A program made the position numbers and the translations under genes. Shown in pieces: positions 38,400 to 45,637 of a stretch of DNA of 59,851 nucleotides (position 1 is its first letter; each line of letters starts with the position of its first letter). A model generated the notes under the pieces. The model was not told where the DNA came from. It searched no databases and was given only the letters and a program-made list of their open reading frames with translations. The stretch comes from an uncultured Dehalococcoidales bacterium (GTDB lineage: Bacteria; Chloroflexota; Dehalococcoidia; Dehalococcoidales; W111), in assembly GCA_964575695.1 (NCBI GenBank), contig CAZNSC010000002.1, positions 1 through 59,851 of the forward strand, in the 5' to 3' direction.

Positions 38400-39803
38400 C
38401 TAATATTCCTCCTCTTCCTCATCAAAGATTTCCCGGCCTCGGCGTGGCTTTCTGGCTTTGACGCCATCAGCGTCTTCCTTGCCGCGTACCCCTTTCTTTT
38501 TCTTCTTCTGTTTTGCCTCTGGCTTCGCCGGTCCCATGATGTCCTCGGCAAACCGGAGCTCGGCTTTTTCGACCGTCACTGGCGGTTCAAAAGGAACCGG
38601 GGGTGGGGAGTAGGTAGTCTCCGGGGGTGGTGGCTCTGCCGATACCTCGGGTGCCTCGGTGGACACCAGAGCCGGCTCGATAGTTGGCACTTCAGCAGGA
38701 AGCGGCTCGCTGACAACAGTCTCCGCTTCCACCTCAGGTGGAAGCTCGGCCTGGGCGGCTCGCTCTGCCTCCGCATCCGAGGCACTCTTGATATCAATTC
38801 GCCACCCGGTGAGCTTGGCCGCCAGCCTGGCGTTCTGCCCTTCCTTGCCGATAGCGAGCGAGAGTTGCCTGTCAGGGACAACTACGGTGGCTACCTCTTC
38901 TGCCTCGTTCAGTTTAACACTTAGCACCTTGGATGGGCTGAGGGCATTGGCAATAAAGACTTTAGCGTCTTGATCCCACAGCACGACGTCAATCTTTTCG
39001 CCGTTCAGCTCGTTGACAATATTCTGTATCCTGATGCCCCGTAGCCCGACACAGCAGCCGACCGGGTCAATGCCTTCCTGGCGGGCAGCGACGGCCACCT
39101 TGGTCCGGTAACCAGCTTCACGGGCAATTGACTTGATTTCCACAGTCCCACCGTAAATCTCAGGGACCTCCAGCTCAAAGAGCCGGCGAACTAAATCCCG
39201 GTGAGACCGTGATACCACCACCTGAGGCCCTTTGCTGCTCCGGACTACCTCCAGAAGGTAAACCTTGAGCCTTTGCCCCACCCGGTGCCGCTCATTACGT
39301 ACTTGCTCTACCGCCGGGAGTATTGCCTCGGTTCTACCTAGGTCGACGGTGATCTGCTTGGGTTCAATACGCTGCACCACCCCGGTGACAATATCACCGG
39401 ACTTGTGAGCATATTCCTCGAATATGGCGCTGTGCTCAGCTTCATGGAGACGCTGGAGAATGACCTGCTTTGCCGTTTGAGCCGCGATGCGTCCCGCATT
39501 AGCCGGGGTGGCTTCCACGGCCACGGTGTCATCAATCTGGGCATCTGGATTAATCTGGCGGGCATCAGCCAGCGATATCTCGCGCTGAGAATCTGACGGC
39601 TGCTCAACTACTGTCTTCTCAACAAAAACCGTCACCTTGCCCGTATTGGGGTTAATCTTAACCGCGATATTCCGGTTAGCCGTAAAATTATCCTTACGGT
39701 AGGCGGATACCAGTGCTGACTCTACCGCGGCGATAACCACCTCCTTAGGCAGGTTTTTCTCGGCTGCGAGCTGGGTAATAGCGATCAGGAACTCACTTTT
39801 CAT
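38400..39803 (-). CDS. nusA: Transcription termination/antitermination factor NusA, with an unusual Pro/Glu-rich then Lys-rich then acidic C-terminal tail
   Basis: 467 aa. It has the N-terminal domain, an S1 domain, and two KH domains (GxxG: [20 protein letters not shown]). The tail reads ...[15 protein letters not shown]...FDEEEEEY. Confidence 0.95.
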   Translation of the reverse strand: MKSEFLIAITQLAAEKNLPKEVVIAAVESALVSAYRKDNFTANRNIAVKINPNTGKVTVFVEKTVVEQPSDSQREISLADARQINPDAQIDDTVAVEATPANAGRIAAQTAKQVILQRLHEAEHSAIFEEYAHKSGDIVTGVVQRIEPKQITVDLGRTEAILPAVEQVRNERHRVGQRLKVYLLEVVRSSKGPQVVVSRSHRDLVRRLFELEVPEIYGGTVEIKSIAREAGYRTKVAVAARQEGIDPVGCCVGLRGIRIQNIVNELNGEKIDVVLWDQDAKVFIANALSPSKVLSVKLNEAEEVATVVVPDRQLSLAIGKEGQNARLAAKLTGWRIDIKSASDAEAERAAQAELPPEVEAETVVSEPLPAEVPTIEPALVSTEAPEVSAEPPPPETTYSPPPVPFEPPVTVEKAELRFAEDIMGPAKPEAKQKKKKKGVRGKEDADGVKARKPRRGREIFDEEEEEY

Positions 39804-39840
39804 CTCCGGTTAAGCCCTCCGATCCTATTATTTCCCCTAC

Positions 39841-39868
39841 AACAAAAAAGTGGGAATGAACCCCACTT
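39841..39868 (-). terminator. Intrinsic-terminator-like hairpin plus U-tract inside the nusA leader (candidate attenuator)
   Basis: Minus strand: AAGTGGG-GTTCATT-CCCACTT followed by TTTTGTTG. It lies between the candidate nusA promoter (39892-39920) and the nusA ATG (39803). Confidence 0.55.
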
Positions 39869-39891
39869 AAAACTCCGATTCTTTTATAAGA

Positions 39892-39920
39892 ACTATACCA
39901 CAATTAGGTCAAAGATGCAA
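39892..39920 (-). promoter_or_regulatory. Candidate nusA-operon promoter (TTGCAT-17 nt-TGgTATAGT)
   Basis: Minus-strand TTGCAT (39915-39920) and TATAGT (39892-39897), with a 17-nt spacer and an extended -10 TG. Confidence 0.45.
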
Positions 39921-39948
39921 GGGGGCAGGGAATATTGCTGAACTAAGG

Positions 39949-39977
39949 TTGTCAGCAGGTTAGGCAATCGGTATAAT
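39949..39977 (+). promoter_or_regulatory. Near-consensus promoter for nfi; it predicts a leaderless mRNA
   Basis: TTGTCA (39949-39954), 17 nt, then TATAAT (39972-39977). The nfi ATG begins 6 nt after the -10 box and no SD is present. Confidence 0.6.
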
Positions 39978-39983
39978 CAGGGT

Positions 39984-40706
39984 ATGAAAGTAAGGAGTTT
40001 GCATGGCTGGCAGGTCAGTGTTGCCCAGGCGTTAGAGATACAGCGGCAACTGGCGGTACAGGTGCTTAGAGAGGGTGGGATCACTGCACCGCGCTTTATC
40101 GCCGGGGTGGATATATCAGTACAAAAGGCTGCTGGGACGGCCACCGGGGCGGCGGTGGTGATACAGTATCCTGAGCTTAGGCTGGTGGAGGCAAAAACCG
40201 TTCAGGGGAAACTCGATTTCCCGTATATCCCGGGACTTTTATCGTTCCGTGAGTCGCCGTTGACACTGGCTGCCTGCGAGCAACTCACCCTTATGCCTGA
40301 CCTCATCGTGGTAGATGGTCAGGGGATTGCCCACCCCCGCCGTGTGGGGCTTGCCTCTCATCTCGGGCTCCTTCTGGATATACCGACAATTGGTTGTGCC
40401 AAGTCTTTATTGTGCGGGGAACATGGGGTGCCCGGGGAAACACCAGGTAGCTATGCTGAGGTGGTGGACCGGGGTGAGACTGTTGGTGCCGCTCTCCGCA
40501 CTAAGACTGGAGTGAAGCCGGTTTATGTTTCTGTCGGTCACAGGGTTGACCTTCAGACTGCTATCTACTGGGTGCTCAGATTGTGCCGGGCATATCGTCT
40601 GCCCGAACCTACCCGGCTGGCTCATCTGGCTGCCGGGGGTAATCTGAGGAGCGAAGGGGGTACTGTGGCGCCCGAGACAGGCTATCAGGGAAGACTTTTG
40701 GAATAG
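39984..40706 (+). CDS. nfi: Endonuclease V (deoxyinosine 3' endonuclease)
   Basis: 240 aa. It contains GVDIS, YIPGLLSFRE, VDGQGIAHPRRVGLASHLG, and YRLPEPTRLAH at the C-terminus. Confidence 0.93.
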   Translation: MKVRSLHGWQVSVAQALEIQRQLAVQVLREGGITAPRFIAGVDISVQKAAGTATGAAVVIQYPELRLVEAKTVQGKLDFPYIPGLLSFRESPLTLAACEQLTLMPDLIVVDGQGIAHPRRVGLASHLGLLLDIPTIGCAKSLLCGEHGVPGETPGSYAEVVDRGETVGAALRTKTGVKPVYVSVGHRVDLQTAIYWVLRLCRAYRLPEPTRLAHLAAGGNLRSEGGTVAPETGYQGRLLE

Positions 40707-40726
40707 CAGAATTATGGTGAGGTAAG

Positions 40727-41831
40727 ATGCAGGAGATAAGGGATAAACTGAAGGATTTAGAGGCTCGGGTCTCGATGGTACTGGTGCATCTTTGACATCG
40801 CTGCTAAAGAGGAGGAGATTGCTCGCCTGGAAAAACAGGCTGCTCAGCCCGATTTCTGGTCAGACCCAACCGGGGCACAGAATATTATGCGCCGGCTTGC
40901 GGAACAGAAGCGGGTGGTCGAGAGGTGGCGGGGACTGGAAAGTGAGGTTGCTGACATTGCTGAGTTTGTGTCCCTGGCCGAAGAAGAAGGGGACAGCTCA
41001 CTGGAAGGTGAGATTCAGTCTCGTTTAGAAAAGGTTACCGCTCGCCTTGATGACCTGGAGCTGGAGATGGCATTTACCAGTGAGTATGATGCCAGAAATG
41101 CCATCTTGGCGATTCATGCCGGGGCCGGGGGTACCGAATCGCAGGACTGGGCTCAGATGCTAATGAGGATGTACCTCCGCTGGGCGGAGCGGCGTGGTTA
41201 CCGGGCGGAAATTCTGGACATTTCTCCCGGTGAAGAGGCGGGGATAAAGAGCGCCGTCATCGGAGTTACCGGTGATTACGCCTGTGGCTACTTGAAATCG
41301 GAGCACGGCGTTCATCGCCTGGTTCGTCTCTCCCCCTTTGATGCCGACCATGCTCGGCACACCTCTTTCGCCCTGGTCGAGGTTATGCCAGAAGCGGAGG
41401 CGGATGTTGATGTGAAGATAGCCCCTGATGATTTGAGGGTGGATACCTTCAGGTCAAGCGGACCCGGGGGGCAGCATATGCAGAAGACAAGCACTGCCGT
41501 GAGACTTGTTCATCAACCAACGGGGCTGGTGGTAACCTGCCAGAGTGAGCGCTCGCAGCATCAGAACAAGGAGATTGCGCTGAGGATACTCCAGGCTCGG
41601 CTGCTGGATTTGGAGTTGGCGAAGCGGGCGGAAGAGACAGCGAGGCTCAAGGGCAAACACGTCTCTGCTGGCTGGGGTAACCAGATCAGGAGCTATGTCC
41701 TCCATCCGTATAAGATGGTCAAGGACCACAGGACGGATTATCAAACCAGCGATACTGATGCGATACTGGATGGAGACTTGGACGGCTTTATCACCGCCTA
41801 TCTCCGCTCTATTGTGGGTAAAGAAGGATGA
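40727..41831 (+). CDS. prfB: Peptide chain release factor 2, requiring a programmed +1 frameshift (40727-40792 joined to 40794-41831)
   Basis: Frame 0 reads MQEIRDKLKDLEARVSMVLVHL then TGA. The classic CTT TGA C site is present. The +1 frame continues DIAAKEEEIARLEKQAAQPDFWSDP... into the ORF-track protein, which carries SPF and GGQ motifs. Confidence 0.93.
40790..40796 (+). promoter_or_regulatory. RF2 autoregulatory +1 frameshift site (CTT TGA C)
   Basis: CTTTGAC at 40790-40796, with an SD-like GGTG 3 nt upstream. Confidence 0.85.
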
Positions 41832-43036
41832 TTAAGAAGGCGAGCCTGATAGCCCTAGTCCTTTGCCTGTTCCTGGTTATATCAAGCCCGGTTCAGGCTC
41901 AGGGTAAGCTGGAGGTATTGGCTAGCTCGGCTCAGGTAGAGTTTCCCGCCAGGCTCAGCTTCAGTTTATCCGCCCGGAGTGATGTCGATATCACTGATAT
42001 TCGCCTGCACTATATTGTTGACAGGATAAGCTTTGCTGAAGTTACCAGCGAAGTCTATGTTGATTTTGCGCCACAAACCATGGTTGACGTTGACTGGGCT
42101 CTGGAGATGATAAAAATCGGCGGCCTGCCCCCCGGCTCCGGTGTGGACTACTGGTGGGAGGTCACGGATGCCCGTGGCGATAAAGTGGAGACCGCCCCGG
42201 CCACAGTCCGGTTTAGTGACAATCGTTACCCGTGGCGCAGCTTAACCGAGGATGAGGTGACTATCTATTGGTATGACGGCGGGGATGGGTTTGCCCTGGA
42301 GCTGATGACCGCCGCTCAGCAGACGCTGGACAGGCTGGCGGCTGATACCGGTGCCCATCTGGAGAAGCCGGCGGTGATATACATCTATGCCAGAACTCAG
42401 GACTTAAGCGGGGCGTTGGTTCATCCCCAGGAGTGGACGGGAGGAGTCGCCTTCACAAGGTTTGGTGTCATCGCCATTGGTATTGCCCCAGCCAGCCTCG
42501 CCTGGGGGAAGACGGCAATTGCCCATGAGCTGGCCCACCTGGTCATCCACCAGATGACGCTTAACCCCTATAGCGACCTGCCCACCTGGCTTGACGAGGG
42601 CCTGGCCATGTATGCTGAGGGAATACAGGGGCCAGAATATGCCAGCCGTCTGTCCAGGGCGGTCACCGAAGGCAGGCTCATCTCGGTGCGTAGCCTGTCG
42701 AGCCCCTTCTCGGCTTATACCGAGGAGGCGATCCTTTCCTATGCTGAGAGTTATAGTCTGGTTGAATTTCTTATTAGCAAATACGGGCAGGCGGAGATGC
42801 TTGAGCTGCTCAGTACCTTCAGGCAGGGTAGCAGCTATGATGAGGCCCTGGAAAAGGTGTTTGGCTTTGATATGGATGGTCTGAATACTGTGTGGCAGGA
42901 TTATGTTGCTGAGCAGTATCAGCCGGCTGTTGAAGAGAAGGGGGTGCAGCCGGCATTAGTCTGGGCACTGGTGGCGCTGGGGGTAGTCGTCCTTTTCGGT
43001 CTGGGGCTGGCCATCAAATATGGGGTCCGGAGCTGA
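41828..43036 (+). CDS. Zinc metallopeptidase, MA-clan (HExxH) family, with a C-terminal TM anchor; paralogue of 7200-8369
   Basis: 402 aa. It contains HELAHLVIH...WLDEGLAMY. The ATG overlaps the prfB stop (ATGA). Confidence 0.75.
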   Translation: MIKKASLIALVLCLFLVISSPVQAQGKLEVLASSAQVEFPARLSFSLSARSDVDITDIRLHYIVDRISFAEVTSEVYVDFAPQTMVDVDWALEMIKIGGLPPGSGVDYWWEVTDARGDKVETAPATVRFSDNRYPWRSLTEDEVTIYWYDGGDGFALELMTAAQQTLDRLAADTGAHLEKPAVIYIYARTQDLSGALVHPQEWTGGVAFTRFGVIAIGIAPASLAWGKTAIAHELAHLVIHQMTLNPYSDLPTWLDEGLAMYAEGIQGPEYASRLSRAVTEGRLISVRSLSSPFSAYTEEAILSYAESYSLVEFLISKYGQAEMLELLSTFRQGSSYDEALEKVFGFDMDGLNTVWQDYVAEQYQPAVEEKGVQPALVWALVALGVVVLFGLGLAIKYGVRS

Positions 43037-43038
43037 GG

Positions 43039-43731
43039 TTGGTGAAGCCTTCGTTTACCATCCACGATTTGCCGGTTCCTGAGCGACCGCGCGAGAGACT
43101 GCAAAAGCTGGGGGTGGAAGCCCTATCGGCACAGGAGATTCTGGCGCTGATACTGGGTCGTGGTATTGCTGGTGAGTCGGTGATGGTGACCGCCCAGAGG
43201 CTCCTGAGCCAGTTTGGCAATCTTAAAGGCATCGCTGCGGCTTCGGTAGAGCAACTGTCCCAGGTCAGAGGGATCGGTCTGGCCAAGGCGGCTCAGATTA
43301 AGGCGGCTTTCGAGCTAGCCAACCGGCTTGAGGGTTATTCTCAGGCTGGTGATAGGTCGCCGGTAAAGACCCCCGACGATGTTGCTGGCCTGGTGGGAAG
43401 CCGTCTGAGGGGTAAAAAGAAAGAGTATTTCCTGGCGCTCTTGCTGGATACCAGGAACCAGCTGATAAAAGTGGCCGAGATTTCGGTTGGCAGCCTGGAC
43501 AGCAGTATTGTTCACCCCAGAGAGGTGTTCAGGGAGGCGATATCTGCCAGCGCTGCCTCGGTGATTTTCGTCCACAATCACCCCTCGGGTGACCCTGAAG
43601 CCTCGGAAGATGACATAAAATTGACTAAACAGTTAGCCGAGGCGGGCGAAGTCGTGGGCATAGATGTCCTGGACCACATCATTATCGGCGACAAGAAATA
43701 TTTGAGCCTGAAAGGCAGAGGTCTATTTTGA
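43039..43731 (+). CDS. radC: RadC-family JAB/MPN-domain protein
   Basis: 230 aa. It has an N-terminal HhH region (PRERLQKLGVEALSAQELLA-like) and the JAMM motif HNHPSGDPEASEDD. Confidence 0.88.
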   Translation: MVKPSFTIHDLPVPERPRERLQKLGVEALSAQEILALILGRGIAGESVMVTAQRLLSQFGNLKGIAAASVEQLSQVRGIGLAKAAQIKAAFELANRLEGYSQAGDRSPVKTPDDVAGLVGSRLRGKKKEYFLALLLDTRNQLIKVAEISVGSLDSSIVHPREVFREAISASAASVIFVHNHPSGDPEASEDDIKLTKQLAEAGEVVGIDVLDHIIIGDKKYLSLKGRGLF

Positions 43732-43740
43732 GACTGTTTA

Positions 43741-43826
43741 TCAACCCCATCCCCTGTATCCCCTTCCCCTTTGAAGGGGAAGGGGAAGATAGAGAAAGAG
43801 GGGCGACAGCCCCTCTTAGACGCCTC
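43741..43826. repeat. Hairpin-repeat cluster 8 (left-end A module plus B module); contains the left copy of the direct repeat flanking the R-M islet
   Basis: CAACCCCATCCCCTGTATCCCCTTCCCCTTTGAAGGGGAAGGGGAAGATAGAGAAAGAGGGGCGACAGCCCCTCTTAG. Confidence 0.85.
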
Positions 43827-43924
43827 AGGTACGGGTTTGGGGGGAAGCAAAGCAGAAAACCTTTGGATTCAACAAATGAATATCAAAGAGATGAACCGCA
43901 GGTCTCGTAGAAGGACGGCATAAT

Positions 43925-44578
43925 ATGAAAGCATTTTCACACAAGAAATATCAGATCATTTATGCTGACCCACCGTGGCAGTTTACTGGTCTTGGAAGCA
44001 AGGGCATTCGTTCTGGGAAAATGAGAGAAGATAAGCCGAACCTTCATAGGACAATTCGCCTTGAAGAAAAGTATCCGACTATGACAGTTGACGAGTTAAA
44101 AGCCCTACCAGTCAAGGACTTAGCCGATGAGAATAGCGTTCTTTTTTTGTGGACAACGGATGGGCACTTGCCATTCGCAATAGAAATAATGAGAAGTTGG
44201 GGGTTTGAGTATGCCACTGTTGCCTTTGTGTGGAATAAAAAAGAAAAAAGCGGTAAGCAAGTTTGCTATTATGGTTATTGGACAATGAAGGGAACGGAAC
44301 TCTGTTTGTTAGGTCGCCGGGGTAAGGTAAAACCAGTTGCACACAATGTGAGACAACTGGTGGAAGCAACAAGAAATAAACATAGCCAAAAACCAGATGA
44401 GGTGAGAGATAGAATAGTTGAGCTAATGGGGGACTTGCCTCGTATAGAACTATTTGCCCGTAAAAGGACACTTGGATGGGATGTTTGGGGTAATGAGGTG
44501 GAAGACCTACAAGAAGCTGGTAGCGATGGGAAACCTGTGATAATTCGCAGGCAGCCGCAATTAATACTTGTTGAATGA
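43925..44578 (+). CDS. MT-A70-family N6-adenine DNA methyltransferase (DPPW motif)
   Basis: 217 aa. It contains YQIIYADPPWQF, LFLWTT, WDVWGNE and a HSQKPDE motif, all characteristic of MT-A70/Ime4-like bacterial methyltransferases. Confidence 0.85.
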   Translation: MKAFSHKKYQIIYADPPWQFTGLGSKGIRSGKMREDKPNLHRTIRLEEKYPTMTVDELKALPVKDLADENSVLFLWTTDGHLPFAIEIMRSWGFEYATVAFVWNKKEKSGKQVCYYGYWTMKGTELCLLGRRGKVKPVAHNVRQLVEATRNKHSQKPDEVRDRIVELMGDLPRIELFARKRTLGWDVWGNEVEDLQEAGSDGKPVIIRRQPQLILVE

Positions 44579-44591
44579 AGGAGAGAACAGT

Positions 44592-45305
44592 GTGGCTAAG
44601 AAACATCAACTCCGTGAAATCCGTACCGGAACCATCATCAATGTAACGTCGCAGAAACAAGAGACCGAGATAATCCAAGCTCTGATACGGGTAGTAGAGT
44701 ACTTGGGTAGCAAGTTCAATAAGAAGGTCGCACTTTTTCATGAGAAACGATGGCATCTCAAGGATATAGTCGCAGAACTTCGACATACATACCCCGATAT
44801 TGAGTTCGACTATCATTTCGACACAAGCTCGATTAGACCGGACGGGGGCATCCTCTATATTCGCGGACAGCCAGGAGACAAGCTATCGTACCCCATCTTG
44901 ATTGCTGAAGTGAAGAATCAGGGTACTAATGTTTTACGTGCTGAAGAAGGTCTTCCAAAGCAAGCAAAAGGTAATGCCATCGAGCGACTTGGCAAGAATC
45001 TGATTGGTCTACGGACTGCCCTAATGCGAGAGAGTGTCTTCCCATTCGTGTGTTTTGGGTATGGTTGTGATTTTGAGTCAGATTCGTCAATTTTAGATAG
45101 GGTCACCACGATGGCAATGTTCGGGAAGCTTAACAAGACATACTTACACAATGAGCAAGGCGGGAGATTTAGTAGGGGGAGTTTCTATTTTAGGCCAGAA
45201 AAGTGGTCTGTGGATGAGATGTACGAAATTATGAAGGATATTGCTGAGCGGTCTATCTTATATTACTTCTCAAAATACAAGGAGAGCCATTTCCGACAGG
45301 TGTGA
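44592..45305 (+). CDS. EcoRI-family type II restriction endonuclease
   Basis: The translation aligns by eye to EcoRI. SSIRPDGGILYI matches SSIKPDGGIVEV. LIAEVKNQG matches LVAEAKHQG (the PD...E-x-K catalytic core). AKGNAIERLGKN matches AAGNAIERSHKN. ESVFPFVCF matches ESHFPYVLF. ILDR matches ILNR. The likely start is GTG 44592 after GGAGAG; the ORF track's TTG 44568 overlaps the M gene by 11 nt. Confidence 0.85.
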   Translation: MAKKHQLREIRTGTIINVTSQKQETEIIQALIRVVEYLGSKFNKKVALFHEKRWHLKDIVAELRHTYPDIEFDYHFDTSSIRPDGGILYIRGQPGDKLSYPILIAEVKNQGTNVLRAEEGLPKQAKGNAIERLGKNLIGLRTALMRESVFPFVCFGYGCDFESDSSILDRVTTMAMFGKLNKTYLHNEQGGRFSRGSFYFRPEKWSVDEMYEIMKDIAERSILYYFSKYKESHFRQV

Positions 45306-45366
45306 TAGAGACCATGACTATTTAGGCAACCTACTGACTTTTTGTGCAAGTGGCACTTTTAAGGCA

Positions 45367-45531
45367 GAGCCCTTTGAAGGGGAAGGGAAGATAGAGAAAG
45401 AGGGGCTATCGCCCCTCTAAACTCCCTGACTGCCATTCAAGAGTAAGGAGAGTTGAAGAGAGGCGGAGCCTCTCTTACCAAATCTTTCCCCCTCTCCTTG
45501 CCAAGGAGAGGGGGATTGAGGGGGTGAGGTT
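45367..45531. repeat. Hairpin-repeat cluster 9 (right copy of the islet-flanking repeat, a B module, and a right-end A module ...AAGGAGAGGGGGATTGAGGGGGTGAGG)
   Basis: Read directly. Confidence 0.85.
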
Positions 45532-45637
45532 AATAAGTAAGTCTCAAGGGAGAAGAACTGTCTAGCCTTCCCTTGATAAACGGCCTTTGTTTTGGGCCAG
45601 GATGGTATTGGAATAATCACATAAATAGAGCTAAAAG

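Larger units (their letters stand above)
43817..45370 (+). mobile_element. Low-GC restriction-modification islet inserted within a host repeat element
   Basis: It holds two co-oriented, abutting/overlapping genes (M then R). Hand counts of 60-nt lines gave 33-42% G+C inside versus about 62% in radC. Near-identical repeats of about 49 nt flank it (43768-43816 and 45371-45418). No recombinase gene is seen. Confidence 0.65.

Noticed and set aside
43039-43731. radC was considered as part of the mobile R-M islet, since RadC-like JAB proteins often travel with mobile DNA.
   Set aside because: Its G+C matches the host (about 62% on a sampled line). It abuts the upstream peptidase gene (a 2-nt gap after its stop) and lies outside the direct repeats.
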